Shown here: one piece after another, positions 1 to 10,218 of the stretch | Position numbering within the stretch: position 1 is the first letter of the stretch | How the letters are laid out: every line of letters begins with the position of its first letter | DNA from: Candidatus Omnitrophota bacterium | Lineage (GTDB): Bacteria; Omnitrophota; Gorgyraeia; Duberdicusellales; 4484-171 | Reading direction: 5' to 3' | DNA length: 64,000 bases | Assembly: GCA_041652815.1 (NCBI GenBank) | Contig: JBAZGN010000005.1 | Span: 99,651 to 163,650, forward strand | Program-made: the position numbers and the translations under genes | Notes under the pieces: model-generated | What the model was told of the DNA's origin: nothing | The model's database searches: none | Seen by the model: only the letters and a program-made list of their open reading frames with translations

Positions 1-7
1 AGGCATA

Positions 8-883
8 GTGCCGGAGGCTTTTTTTATTAAAGAAAATGATTTTAAAGACCCCGCCAGATTAAAGAAAAAAATATTGAGCAAAAATCCTTTTTGTATTTTT
101 AATCTATTTGAAGGCTTTAGCGAAGACCCTCAGAAGGAAGTAACATTTGTGAAATTGTTGGAAAGCGTAAATATACCGTTTACCGGGAATTCCTGTTTTA
201 CATTAAGTGCTTGCCTTGACAAAATGAAGGCGAAAAGTATTTTACAAAAAAACAATTTACCGGTTGCGCGTAGTATCTTGGTTAAAAGTGCGAAAAATAT
301 AGCCATTAAAAAAGGGCTTACTTTCCCGCTTTTTATAAAGCCGTGCAGCGAAGATGCCAGTGTTGGAATATACAAAGATTCACTGGCATACAATAAGGAA
401 GAATTAATTGTTGCAATAAAAAAACGCCTTAAGCGGTTTTGCGAAGGCGTAGTCATAGAAGAATTTTTGCCTGGGAAAGAATATAGTGTTGCACTTTTAG
501 GAAACGATTCTTATGAAGTTTTGGGTATCTCTGAAATTGACTATTCTAAATATGAGAAATTTTTGCCATTTTTGACTTATGATGCTAAGTGGGAAAGCAG
601 AACCGCGGAATATCGCGCCATCTTGCCGGATTACGAACCAAAAATAAGCAAAACTTTAAGAAAAAATATAATAGATTTATCCGGTAAAGCTGCGAGGGCT
701 TTGGCCTGCCGAGGTTATTTCCGGGTAGACTTACGGCAAAAAGCCGGGAATCTTTTTATTATGGATATAAATCCTAATCCCGACATAAACACAGATAGCG
801 GCTACATGAAATTAGCCTATAACCGGGGATATACTTATGAGGAAATAATAGATAGAATAGTTCAGCTGTCAGATTGCCATTGA
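8..883 (+). CDS. ATP-grasp enzyme of the D-alanine--D-alanine ligase family. The ORF is open to the window edge, so it is probably 5'-truncated.
   Basis: Its central and C-terminal regions look like Ddl/ATP-grasp (VLHG-like region, EEFLPGKEYSVALLG, Mg/ATP-binding C-terminal block). There is no in-frame stop upstream. Confidence 0.55.
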   Translation: MPEAFFIKENDFKDPARLKKKILSKNPFCIFNLFEGFSEDPQKEVTFVKLLESVNIPFTGNSCFTLSACLDKMKAKSILQKNNLPVARSILVKSAKNIAIKKGLTFPLFIKPCSEDASVGIYKDSLAYNKEELIVAIKKRLKRFCEGVVIEEFLPGKEYSVALLGNDSYEVLGISEIDYSKYEKFLPFLTYDAKWESRTAEYRAILPDYEPKISKTLRKNIIDLSGKAARALACRGYFRVDLRQKAGNLFIMDINPNPDINTDSGYMKLAYNRGYTYEEIIDRIVQLSDCH

Positions 884-1058
884 CAAAAAAGGCAAAGTTA
901 TATATTATCAGATAGAGCGAAAGAGAGTCGAATTGTTATTGTCCCGAAGTGCCTGTATGCTCAAAAAATCTCTCTACGCAAGTACTCGTTCGATATTTTT
1001 CGAGAGCACTTCAGGGTTAAATTTTTCGACTTCGTCTAAAAATCTAAGGAGGTGTAAG

Positions 1059-1274
1059 ATGGAAGAGCAGAATAAGGTTCAAGAAACAGAAGCAAAGAAA
1101 TCTCCGGATACAACAAAAATGATAGGTAAAATCATCTTGGGAATAGTGTTCATACTTCTTGGTTTGATAGCGCTTATCCGCTGGTGGCCAAGCCTTTGGA
1201 CAGTGATTAAGGGATGCATAGGCTTGTTTTTTATTTTGGCTGGCGTAATTACGGTAGCTATAGCTAAAGAATAA
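1059..1274 (+). CDS. Small membrane protein of 71 aa.
   Basis: AGGAGG RBS 8 nt upstream of the ATG; hydrophobic TM segments; followed by a terminator. Confidence 0.45.
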   Translation: MEEQNKVQETEAKKSPDTTKMIGKIILGIVFILLGLIALIRWWPSLWTVIKGCIGLFFILAGVITVAIAKE

Positions 1275-1291
1275 ATTTTATATGGATTAGT

Positions 1292-1330
1292 AAAGGGCAG
1301 GCAGTTTAAGCCTGCCCTTTTATTTTTAAA
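1292..1330 (+). terminator. Rho-independent terminator.
   Basis: AAAGGGCAGGC / GCCTGCCCTTT stem followed by TTTTATTTTT. Confidence 0.7.
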
Positions 1331-1331
1331 A

Positions 1332-1380
1332 AGGTTCCTCGCCTGCCGTAGGCAGGCATCCGTAACTTTCGTAACATAAA
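1332..1380. repeat. Partial copy of the right end of a family A element (GCCTGCC-GTA-GGCAGGC hairpin followed by CATCCGTAACTTTCGTAAC).
   Basis: Near-identical to 46391-46432. Confidence 0.5.
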
Positions 1381-1394
1381 ATAGGGGGTTAAAG

Positions 1395-2324
1395 TTGAAG
1401 ATTGGTCTTGCTTTAGGCGGAGGTGTAGCGCGAGGTTTATATCACGTCGGGTTGCTTAAAGCGCTCGAGAAGCTTGAAATTAAAATTGATATTATTTCCG
1501 GAACGTCCATTGGCGCGATAATCGGCGGGCTTTACGCGTTAACGCAAAATGCAAATGAAGTCGAAGAGAGGCTTTTCAAAATTCTCGACAAACATCAGAA
1601 AGAATTATCGCTGCTAAAAACAAGTTTTTCTCCTGCCAATGTTGAGGCTAAAACTGCATTTTTCGAAAAATGGTGTGATCTTGCCAAGGAGTTTTACATC
1701 TGGAATTTACGTATAGCAAAAACTTCTCTTGTGGATCTCAAGCCTTTTCTTAAGATTTTCCGGGGTTTGTTTGAAGATTTTTCTTTCAAAGATTGTAAGA
1801 TTCCTTTTTCTGTTACTGCGGTGAATTTGCTTACCGCAGAGGTAGTGTCTATTGAAAGCGGGCCGCTGTATAGAGGAGTGCTTGCTTCTTCTTCCTATCC
1901 CGGATTTTTCCCACCGCTTAAAATTGAAGATAAAATTTTAATAGATGGCGGAGTCCTTATGCCTGTACCGGCTAAAATAATAAGAAAAAAGGCCGACTTT
2001 ATAATTGGAGTTAATTTGGAAAGTTCAGGCTACAGATTTCCTATTGTGAGAAATGCGATGGATGTAATGAACCTCGCAGACAGAATCAGATATAAAAGAA
2101 TCATTGAAGAAAGCTTAAACGGCATAGATTTTCTTATTTCTCCAAATCTAGAAAATTTTTCCTGGGGTGATTTTACTATTGCAAGAGAGCTTATGCAAAA
2201 AGGAGAATCCGAAATGCTTGGCCTTGGTAAAGAACTTAAGGCGGCTTTAAGGGCTAATCGTTACAGAGGTTTAATGCCGCTTAAGAAATTTTTCAGTTTC
2301 CGTTTACCTTTTAAGCACAAATAA
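1395..2324 (+). CDS. Patatin-like phospholipase.
   Basis: GGGVARGLYHVG oxyanion/Gly-rich motif, GTSIG (GxSxG) nucleophile, DGG block; TTG start after a GGGGG RBS. Confidence 0.75.
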   Translation: MKIGLALGGGVARGLYHVGLLKALEKLEIKIDIISGTSIGAIIGGLYALTQNANEVEERLFKILDKHQKELSLLKTSFSPANVEAKTAFFEKWCDLAKEFYIWNLRIAKTSLVDLKPFLKIFRGLFEDFSFKDCKIPFSVTAVNLLTAEVVSIESGPLYRGVLASSSYPGFFPPLKIEDKILIDGGVLMPVPAKIIRKKADFIIGVNLESSGYRFPIVRNAMDVMNLADRIRYKRIIEESLNGIDFLISPNLENFSWGDFTIARELMQKGESEMLGLGKELKAALRANRYRGLMPLKKFFSFRLPFKHK

Positions 2325-2380
2325 CCCCATTTTTGGCTTGCCTTTTTGGCATATATGCTTTACAATACTTTCTTTTGAGG

Positions 2381-2490
2381 CACAGATTTCCGCAGATAGA
2401 AAACTTTAATAGAACATTTAGGTATTAACACAGATTATCGCAGATGTTTCCATCTGTGATAATCTGCTTACAAATCTGTGATCATCTGTG
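2381..2490. repeat. Family C palindromic element (CACAGAT / ATCTGTG units), copy 1.
   Basis: Inverted termini CACAGAT..GATCATCTGTG. Shared with 20135-20220 and 33644-33730. Sits immediately upstream of the bioY RBS. Confidence 0.7.
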
Positions 2491-2507
2491 TATAAAAGGA
2501 GGTAATC

Positions 2508-3086
2508 ATGAAAGTTGCAACTCTTAGTCAAAGAAATTACCTTGCCCTGCGTATTTGTGCTATATTTTCTTTTAGCATTTTAATGGTGATTTCTGCTTAT
2601 GTGCGCATACCACTTTTTTTTACGCCTGTCCCGTTTACTTTGCAAACCTTTGTCTTCTATCTTAGTATTGTTTTTTTAAAAAGGCAGGCAGTGTTTTCGC
2701 AGGCAATTTATTTATTTTTAGGTTTAATCGGCCTCCCTGTTTTTACAAATGCCGGAAGCGGCTTACTTTATTTTCTTGGGCCCACCGGGGGCTATCTCGT
2801 TGGTTTTGTGGTAGCGTCATTGATTTTTCCTTTCTTTTCCCCGAAGCTTGATAGCTTTTTTAAAAACTTTTGCTATTTCTCTTCTGTTGCTTTTTGCGTG
2901 TATTTCTTTGGAATAGCCTGGCTTATGTTTATACATAAATTTTCCTTAACTAACGCTCTTATTGCGGGAGCAATGCCGTTTGCCTTAGGTGAAGTATTTA
3001 AAATTGGTTCGGCTTCTTTAATCCGCTTAAGATTGAAATCAGGTTTATTCTCCGGTAAGAACGGCTATCGCAATTACCAGATATAG
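2508..3086 (+). CDS. bioY: BioY-family biotin transporter substrate-specific component.
   Basis: PFTLQTF and GPTGGYLVGF motifs typical of BioY; multi-TM; strong RBS. Confidence 0.7.
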   Translation: MKVATLSQRNYLALRICAIFSFSILMVISAYVRIPLFFTPVPFTLQTFVFYLSIVFLKRQAVFSQAIYLFLGLIGLPVFTNAGSGLLYFLGPTGGYLVGFVVASLIFPFFSPKLDSFFKNFCYFSSVAFCVYFFGIAWLMFIHKFSLTNALIAGAMPFALGEVFKIGSASLIRLRLKSGLFSGKNGYRNYQI

Positions 3087-3175
3087 TCTTTAGTTTCGCA
3101 AATGTTAAAGCAAATATTTATATTGACCTGGCAGCCGTTATGTTATGGTAATTATAGACAGTAGGTTTAATTTCC

Positions 3176-3817
3176 ATGATTGAAAAGAAGTTCTTTATAT
3201 TTGATTTAGATGGGACTTTAGCTGATGCTTACAGGGCTATAGAGAAAAGCCTTAATTTTACGCTGAATAAGCTTGGGTTTTCCAAGGTAAGCTACAAGGA
3301 AGCGAAACAAAAAGTAGGTAGGGGGGATAAAATATTTATGGAAACGTTTTTTCCCCCTGAAGCAATAAAACAAGCTCTTGGTATATATCGCCGGCATCAT
3401 AAGGGTGCGCTTAGAATGTTCTCTAAGCTAAGGCCGCATGCAAGATGGATGCTTAAGCAATTAAAGCGTAAAGGAAAATTGACTGCTATTGCTTCCAACC
3501 GGCCGAGCTATTTTACTAATTTGATTTTAACAACACTTGGTATAAAAAAATATTTTAACATGGTTTTGTGCGCGGATGAGGTTAGGAGCAATAAACCGAA
3601 CCCAAAAATATTAAATGTTTTGATAAAAAAATTAAACGTTGCCAGGGGGGAAACTGTATTTATTGGAGATATGGACATAGATTTAGAAACAGCAAAACGT
3701 GCCAACATTGATGTTGTCTTTATAAAGGGGGGATCAAGCCGCCCGGCGGTTGCAGGTAAATATAAAAATGCGAAAGTAATTTCTTCGTTGAAAGAAATAC
3801 TGAAGTTATACGAATAG
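3176..3817 (+). CDS. HAD-superfamily hydrolase (phosphatase-like).
   Basis: FIFDLDGTLADA motif I, S/T motif II, K..GDMDID motif III/IV. Confidence 0.7.
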   Translation: MIEKKFFIFDLDGTLADAYRAIEKSLNFTLNKLGFSKVSYKEAKQKVGRGDKIFMETFFPPEAIKQALGIYRRHHKGALRMFSKLRPHARWMLKQLKRKGKLTAIASNRPSYFTNLILTTLGIKKYFNMVLCADEVRSNKPNPKILNVLIKKLNVARGETVFIGDMDIDLETAKRANIDVVFIKGGSSRPAVAGKYKNAKVISSLKEILKLYE

Positions 3818-3855
3818 CTTGTTTACTGTATATACCCCTTGCGTCCAGATACCAG

Positions 3856-3897
3856 GGGCTACGGGGTTAAGTCTCCGCCTACGGCGGAGAATTAAGG
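3856..3897. repeat. Family H module (GGGGTTAA-N3-TCCGCCTACGGCGGA-G-AATTAAGGAG) that carries the RBS of the downstream gene.
   Basis: Near-identical module at 47786-47830, also directly before a start codon. Confidence 0.5.
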
Positions 3898-3904
3898 AGT
3901 ATAA

Positions 3905-6900
3905 ATGGACAAGGACTATATGCTTCGCGATGATGGAAGTTTTATTATAAAGAATTATAACAGCAAACATCCATTTTCAAATTTTCTTCCCGGCGTAGCC
4001 GGTGCCTGGGGAGTACCGATGTGGGTTTTTTACGTAAACCGGGCACAGGGAGTTATAAGTTTCGGAGTCAAAGATAAAGATCACGCTATAACCGAATTTT
4101 TCCCGGCGAATAATGCTTATTGTTTTGCGCCGCTTGTAGGCTTTCGTACATTCCTCAAGATAAACGATAAAATTAATTATGAGCCATTTCGTGTAATTTC
4201 AGATTATGAACGTAACGAGGAGATGGTTATAAAAAGCTCATCTTTCAGCATACGCAAAAATAATCCGGAACTTGGCCTTAATTTGCGTATTAAATATTTT
4301 ACGCTTCCAAATAGCGCTGCGGGGGCACTGGTACGTGTTTTATCCGTTAAAAATATTTCCGACAAGGAAATAAAGCTTGAGGTTTTAGACGGGTTACCCA
4401 AAATAATACCCTTTGGATTAAACAACGTGTTGCTCAAAGATTTAGCAAGGACTATGGAAGCATGGATGCGCGCTGAAGTTCATAATAACCTGGCATTCTT
4501 CCGTATGATTGTTGACCCCAAAGATTCAAGCCAGACAAAATATATTGATGGCGCTAATTTCGAATACGCTTTTTATGAAGAAAACGGTAAAAAGGTATCA
4601 CCTTATATAATAGTAGACCCTACTGCAATTTTTGCGCAGGATACTTCCTATTCTGTTCCAGTTAATTTTTATGCAAGCAGTTTCAAAACTCCACTTACAC
4701 AAATTATGGCAGGGAAAACCCCGTGCGCTTTTAACCATTTTACATGGAGTATTCTACCGGGAGAGGTTAAAATATTTTACAGTATGTTTGGTTCTTCTTT
4801 TAAATCGCAGCTTATCAAAGATTTTGTTTCGGGAATAGATGCTAACTTTTTAAAAGAAAAAGAAAAAGAAAATAAAAGTATTATTGAAAATATTAAAGAT
4901 AATTGTTTTTCTGTATGTTCTTCAGACAGGCTGAAAGAGTATGTGAAATGTACTTATCTGGATAATGTTTTGCGCGGCGGTTACCCTTATAAATTTACGG
5001 ATAAAAACAGTTACTATATTTTTTCCCGCAAGCATGGTGACCTGGAAAGAGATTATAATAAGTTTAAGTTACTACCTTCCTATTTTAGTGAGGGCGAGGC
5101 AAATTATCGTGATATAAACCAGAACCGCAGGGTAGATTTATTCTTCAATCCGTCCCTTGGAAAATCAAATATAGTGTATTTCCTAAACCTCATAAAGATT
5201 GACGGATATAATCCGCTGGTAGTAAAAGGCGAAAGGCTGTTTTTTAACCAGGCAGCAGCGCGTAATCTATTAAAACAATTCGGTATAGCTGATAAAAAAA
5301 TAATTTCTCTGATGGTTTCAGGCTTTCATCTTGGTGATTTCTTTAAAATCCTTAAAGAAGAAGGTATTGTTGTCAAGGCGCGAGAAAAATTAGCCGCGGA
5401 ATTAGTTACGAAAGCGCAAAGAGAGCCTCAGGCAACTCATGGCGAAGGGTACTGGATAGATCATTGGCGCTATAACCTTGATTTAATCGAAAACTTCCTT
5501 TATTTTTATCCCGATAAATTAGATGACCTGTTTTTAACCAAGGAATATTATTTTTGGGATGATGAGTGGCGCGTTAAGGAACGCAGCCATCGTTTCCATT
5601 TAAAAGATGGTAAGGTTTACCAGTGGCACTCTGTTGAAGAAGTGGGAGAGAAAAAAGATGTTATAGCTTCGCGCGCAAAATTCGCTAATTTTCTGCGTGA
5701 TAAAAAAGGAAATATTTATACTACAAGCCTTATAGAAAAACTTTTAACTCTTATTCTCAATAAAGCTGCGACTTTAGATCCTGATGGTGTAGGCGTTGAA
5801 ATGGAGGCGGATAAACCAGGCTGGTGCGATTCTCTAAATGGCCTTCCTGCTCTTTTTGGCTCTTCAATATGCGAAACTTTTGAATTAAAGCGCGCCTGCC
5901 TTTTGCTGAGTGAAGCAGCATCAGCTTTAAACAAAAAAGGTACAGCTAATTTTAATTTGGCAGAGGAAGTGTATGAATTTTTAGAAGGGCTTGAAGGGCT
6001 GACTAAGAAATACTCTAACCTGCCGGCAAAACAGCGTGATATGTTCTGGTGGGAAAAATCCAATTCCCTGAAGGAAAGTTTCCGGAAAACAACTTTTGCG
6101 CAGATTAAAGGCAAACAGATAAGCATTCCCGGCCTGCGGCTAGAAAAATTCTTAAATTCGCTGGTTAATAAATTGGATAACGGTATCGAAAAAGCTCTGG
6201 ACAGGGATACAGGAATTTATTCTACGTATTTTAAGTATAGCGTAGAAAAATTTCATGCCAAAGGAAAAATAATTAAGCCGCTTAAGTTTAAAAAAGAGCC
6301 TCTCGCGCATTTCTTGGAAGGTTCGGTTCATGCTCTACGCACGCAAAAAGAAAGTTCTATTTATAGTGCGTTAAAGAAAACAGTTATTTTCGATAAAGTA
6401 TTACGGATGTACCGTCTCAACGCGTCTTTAGAAAAAGAACCTCTTGAAATTGGAAGAAGCAGGATTTTTACACCGGGCTGGCTTGAGAATGAATCCATCT
6501 GGCTGCATATGGAATACAAATACCTTTTGGAAGTGCTTAAAAAAGGTTTGTATGAAGAATTCTACGAAGATTTTCATAATTGCGCGGTATGTTTCTTCGA
6601 CGCGCAAAAATACGGAAGAAATATCCTGGAAAACTCTTCTTTTATTGTAAGCAGCGCTAATTGCGATAAAAATTTATGGAACAAAGGTTTTGTCGCGCGC
6701 TTAAGCGGTGCAACTGTTGAGCTCCTGAATATGTGGATTGTAATGTGCCTGGGTAAGTCGCCATTTAATATTAACGGTAATGGCGAACTAACTCTTAAAT
6801 TTTCCCCTATTCTCAAGTCAGAGCTTTTTACCAAGCAGGAGCAGAAAATCGAATTTAGAGGCAAAAGCGAGATTATTGAAAAAGATTGTTTCGCTTTCAA

Positions 6901-7096
6901 GCTATTTTCAAAAACTCTGGTTGTCTACCACAATCCAAACAGAAAAGATACTTTCAGTAAAAGCTGCAGCGTAAATAGAATAGCGGTAACCGATGGTGCC
7001 AAAAAATATGCAATAGAGGGCAGCAACATAAAATCACCATTGAGCCAGAGAGTAAGAGAGGCTATTATTGACCGTATAGACGTTTATTTTAGTTAA
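3905..7096 (+). CDS. Large conserved protein (1063 aa). It may be a divergent glycoside phosphorylase / (alpha/alpha)6 glycosidase (GH94-like).
   Basis: The N-terminal beta-sandwich-like pattern resembles GH94/GH65 N-domains, and the GWCDSLNG block resembles the GH94 DWND..N acid motif. The assignment is weak. Confidence 0.35.
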   Translation: MDKDYMLRDDGSFIIKNYNSKHPFSNFLPGVAGAWGVPMWVFYVNRAQGVISFGVKDKDHAITEFFPANNAYCFAPLVGFRTFLKINDKINYEPFRVISDYERNEEMVIKSSSFSIRKNNPELGLNLRIKYFTLPNSAAGALVRVLSVKNISDKEIKLEVLDGLPKIIPFGLNNVLLKDLARTMEAWMRAEVHNNLAFFRMIVDPKDSSQTKYIDGANFEYAFYEENGKKVSPYIIVDPTAIFAQDTSYSVPVNFYASSFKTPLTQIMAGKTPCAFNHFTWSILPGEVKIFYSMFGSSFKSQLIKDFVSGIDANFLKEKEKENKSIIENIKDNCFSVCSSDRLKEYVKCTYLDNVLRGGYPYKFTDKNSYYIFSRKHGDLERDYNKFKLLPSYFSEGEANYRDINQNRRVDLFFNPSLGKSNIVYFLNLIKIDGYNPLVVKGERLFFNQAAARNLLKQFGIADKKIISLMVSGFHLGDFFKILKEEGIVVKAREKLAAELVTKAQREPQATHGEGYWIDHWRYNLDLIENFLYFYPDKLDDLFLTKEYYFWDDEWRVKERSHRFHLKDGKVYQWHSVEEVGEKKDVIASRAKFANFLRDKKGNIYTTSLIEKLLTLILNKAATLDPDGVGVEMEADKPGWCDSLNGLPALFGSSICETFELKRACLLLSEAASALNKKGTANFNLAEEVYEFLEGLEGLTKKYSNLPAKQRDMFWWEKSNSLKESFRKTTFAQIKGKQISIPGLRLEKFLNSLVNKLDNGIEKALDRDTGIYSTYFKYSVEKFHAKGKIIKPLKFKKEPLAHFLEGSVHALRTQKESSIYSALKKTVIFDKVLRMYRLNASLEKEPLEIGRSRIFTPGWLENESIWLHMEYKYLLEVLKKGLYEEFYEDFHNCAVCFFDAQKYGRNILENSSFIVSSANCDKNLWNKGFVARLSGATVELLNMWIVMCLGKSPFNINGNGELTLKFSPILKSELFTKQEQKIEFRGKSEIIEKDCFAFKLFSKTLVVYHNPNRKDTFSKSCSVNRIAVTDGAKKYAIEGSNIKSPLSQRVREAIIDRIDVYFS

Positions 7097-7180
7097 AGTT
7101 CTTAAAATAGTAAAATTTCCCTAAAAAGCTTAAAAATCCTTAGATTTATTGCCTTTTTTTGATTTTTTTAAGAAAATTCT

Positions 7181-7215
7181 TGACAAGTCAGGTTTTCTTT
7201 GCTAAAAATGAAGTA
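7181..7215 (+). promoter_or_regulatory. Putative sigma70 promoter upstream of the outer-membrane protein gene.
   Basis: TTGACA, 17 nt spacer, TAAAAA. Confidence 0.3.
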
Positions 7216-7489
7216 GTTGAGCCTGTAAAAATTTTCATTTAAGGCTCATCCTGAGCGCAAGCGAAGGATCTCATTGACAAATTAATTCGGTTATACCATC
7301 CACGGACGGTCTTAAACTGGCAAAGAAGGAGGTGGGGAATAAAATTAAAAAGCCAAGGCTGTCAAAATCATGGATGATATAACTATAGATTGGTAATAAC
7401 AAGGCATTCCCTGTAATTAAGGGGTAGTTAACCTTGTGTGTACATATATATTTTACTTTATACCAAATAGGATCAAAAGGAGGGAACTA

Positions 7490-8893
7490 ATGAGTAAGAG
7501 ACTATTAATTATGGCAGCGATTTTGCTTTTAAGCGTTCCTGCATTTGCTGCTGTAGAAAATATCAAAGTAAGCGGTGATATCAACGAACAGGCAGTAGGC
7601 AGAGATCTTTCTTTGGGCGGCGTGAACAGAGCAGCCGGAGATGGAAGCCCTATGGATTCAGAGAGCTATCTTCTTTCCCAAGTGAGGATAAGATTTGATG
7701 CTGATTTAACAGAAAATGTTTCCGGTGTTGTTCGTTTAATCAACGAAAGAACATGGGGAAACACAGGTACAAGCGATGCGGATACAACGTATGGTGACAA
7801 CGAACACATCGCGTTGGATCTTGCTTACATTGAACTGAAAGAATTTTTGTATCAGCCTCTAAGTATTACAGTAGGCCGCCAGAATCTTCGTTATGGCAGT
7901 GCGTTAATCGTAGGCGATCCTGATACAAACATGACAGTTGAAAGTTCATCTGTCACCAACTATCGTTTTGGCGATTTGTCTTTGAGAAAATCATTCGATT
8001 CAGTAAAAGCTGTTCTTGATTTTTCTCCATGGACAATTGATGCTATTTATGCCAAAATCAATGAACCACACACATACATTAGAGATAATGTAGATCTTTG
8101 GGGTATCAACGCTAATTACCAGTGGGGTTCTTTTGACGGAGTAACTGAAGCTTATTATTTCGGTGCACAAAACAACAGAGATACTTTATCTTATGCCAAA
8201 GTTCTTTCGCAGCCGCCTGAAAACCAGGATATTACCCAGGTAATTGGTGCAAGAACGCAATTTAATCCATTTGAAAAAATGACCCTTGGATTAGAAGGTG
8301 CTTATCAGTTCGGTGATGTGCAGGCTGCGGCAGTTGCTGCAAATCCTGCTAGGCACATAAGCGCATTTGCGATTGAAGCAATGGCTGAATACAGATTTAT
8401 GACCAAGTATAACCCAACACTTGGACTGACCTATGTTTATTTAAGTGGTAATGATGACATAGGCGCAAACGGCAATAGTTATCTAACTGGTTGGGATCCG
8501 ATGTTTGAAGACCAGAGTTTGGGCGAAATTGCCAATGTGCTTTTCCCAAACAGCAACATTCAAGCTGCAAGAGTTAATGGTTCCGTTATGCCGAGGGAAG
8601 ATATTACCCTTGGTGCTTCTTACACTTGGTTGAGGCTAGCAGACAAGCTAACTGAAGCAGATAACTATCCATCATACACTCCACCACTTGGTTACTATTC
8701 CGCAAACACTTATAGCATTAACAACCTAGAAGGCTACCTTGGCAGCGAAGTTGATGCTTTCGCAACTTATGATTATACGGAAGATGTTCAGCTTAAACTT
8801 ACTGGCGCATGGTTTATACCAGGCGATTTCTTTGCAGACAACAATAATGATGTGGCATATTCAGTAAGAGGCGGAGTCAACCTTAACTTCTAA
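7490..8893 (+). CDS. Outer-membrane beta-barrel protein (porin-like).
   Basis: Signal peptide (LLLSVPAFAA), alternating amphipathic beta-strand pattern, C-terminal ...GGVNLNF with terminal Phe; GGAGGG RBS. Confidence 0.6.
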   Translation: MSKRLLIMAAILLLSVPAFAAVENIKVSGDINEQAVGRDLSLGGVNRAAGDGSPMDSESYLLSQVRIRFDADLTENVSGVVRLINERTWGNTGTSDADTTYGDNEHIALDLAYIELKEFLYQPLSITVGRQNLRYGSALIVGDPDTNMTVESSSVTNYRFGDLSLRKSFDSVKAVLDFSPWTIDAIYAKINEPHTYIRDNVDLWGINANYQWGSFDGVTEAYYFGAQNNRDTLSYAKVLSQPPENQDITQVIGARTQFNPFEKMTLGLEGAYQFGDVQAAAVAANPARHISAFAIEAMAEYRFMTKYNPTLGLTYVYLSGNDDIGANGNSYLTGWDPMFEDQSLGEIANVLFPNSNIQAARVNGSVMPREDITLGASYTWLRLADKLTEADNYPSYTPPLGYYSANTYSINNLEGYLGSEVDAFATYDYTEDVQLKLTGAWFIPGDFFADNNNDVAYSVRGGVNLNF

Positions 8894-8915
8894 GTTAATT
8901 ACTTAAGTTAATTAA

Positions 8916-8950
8916 CCCCGTTTCGGGTAACCGAAACGGGGTTTTTTATT
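8916..8950 (+). terminator. Rho-independent terminator.
   Basis: CCCCGTTTCGG-GTAA-CCGAAACGGGG stem then TTTTTTATTT. Confidence 0.75.
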
Positions 8951-9117
8951 TATAGTATCGTGTTTGAATCCAACGCTAATAAAACTGTGATGTGTCATTA
9001 ACGGAGTTTACTTTTAATAAAATTTAAGTATAATTACTAAAGGATATAAATTAATAACTTTTATTATCAAGCTCTCAACGGGCACGTTAAGGATAATTCA
9101 ACCATATAGGAGGTTAG

Positions 9118-9447
9118 ATGGAACAAATTCAATTGCCGGAAGAAGAGATTCGTGACGGTGCGCCTTTTGCTGCTTTATCTTATGTTTTTTTCCTGTGGAT
9201 TTTTACTTTCATCTGGAAGAAAGAAAACCGTTTTGCACATTTTCACGCAAAGCAGGGAATTGCTATGTTTGTCGGAGAGATAGGAGTTGGAGTATTGTCG
9301 CTTATGCCTTTTATAGGTGTAGTATTTTACGCAGCCGGGCTTTTACTTTTTCTTTTCCTTTCTCTTTACGGAATTTATTACGCTTTAACCGGCAGAATGA
9401 AACGCATACCTTTTATAAGTAATGTGGCAGACAGGTTTATAGTTTAA
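9118..9447 (+). CDS. Small membrane protein (DUF4870-like).
   Basis: FHAKQ motif between TM helices; GGAGG RBS. Confidence 0.45.
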   Translation: MEQIQLPEEEIRDGAPFAALSYVFFLWIFTFIWKKENRFAHFHAKQGIAMFVGEIGVGVLSLMPFIGVVFYAAGLLLFLFLSLYGIYYALTGRMKRIPFISNVADRFIV

Positions 9448-9653
9448 TGAGCACATCATTTTTTCAAGCCCTGACCGCCCTGACTGCCCGCAAGGGCAGG
9501 CGTGGCAGGCGTGGCGCAGGAAAAATGATAGTGCGAATTAACCCCGAAGCGCTTCGGTTAAATTTCGCAGAAATTTAACCGATATACAGGCGCAAGGGGT
9601 ATGTATAGTAAAACATGGTATAGAATTTCAAATGAAACCTTCTAAATAAAAAA

Positions 9654-9953
9654 ATGAGAAGTTTTATAAGAGTATGGGAAGAAGTTAATATACAGGAAAT
9701 TGAGAAAACTCTTATTGTTATCGGAGAATTATCAGCAGAATGTTTCTCTTGCCATAAAATTGGGATAGATTCAAAATCGCACGTATGCCCAGCCTGCGGC
9801 ACAAATTTTAAATATGTCGGTTTTAGAAGAAGGGTAGAGGGTGGATATTTGCATAGGATAAAAGAAGAAATGCCTTATGCGATTTTTATTGATTTCGATG
9901 ATTTCAAAAAAGCTGTAGGCAAGAAGGAAGCCAGAAAACTATTGGATTTATAA
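9654..9953 (+). CDS. Hypothetical small protein with a Zn-ribbon.
   Basis: CFSCH..CPACG cysteine pairs; no known family recognised. Confidence 0.35.
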   Translation: MRSFIRVWEEVNIQEIEKTLIVIGELSAECFSCHKIGIDSKSHVCPACGTNFKYVGFRRRVEGGYLHRIKEEMPYAIFIDFDDFKKAVGKKEARKLLDL

Positions 9954-10108
9954 TTATAGGTAAATATGGGTGAGGGTAGAAAAACTTTCGGTCCAACAAA
10001 TAAAAAATATTGTGACCTTCACAAGAAATCGTCCCGCTGCAGAAAAGGAAAAAAGAAATAGCCGCTTTCAATTTCATAGTTTTTTAAATAAATCTATCCT
10101 TATTGTTC

Positions 10109-10182
10109 GCCCCGGTGGCTCAATTGGATAGAGCATCTGGCTTCGGACCAGAGGGTTGCAAGTTCAATTCTTGCTCGGGGCG
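10109..10182 (+). tRNA. tRNA-Arg (anticodon TCG).
   Basis: Cloverleaf folded by hand: 7-bp acceptor GCCCCGG/TCGGGGC, anticodon loop CTTCGGA, T-loop TTCAATT. Confidence 0.8.
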
Positions 10183-10218
10183 TTTGAGTTGTTTGGTAGG
10201 TTTACTTGATATTTTATC

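Noticed and set aside
9961-10100. CRP/FNR-like site TGTGACCTTCACA upstream of tRNA-Arg
   Set aside because: The spacer between half-sites is 3 nt rather than 6, so this is not a convincing CRP-family operator.
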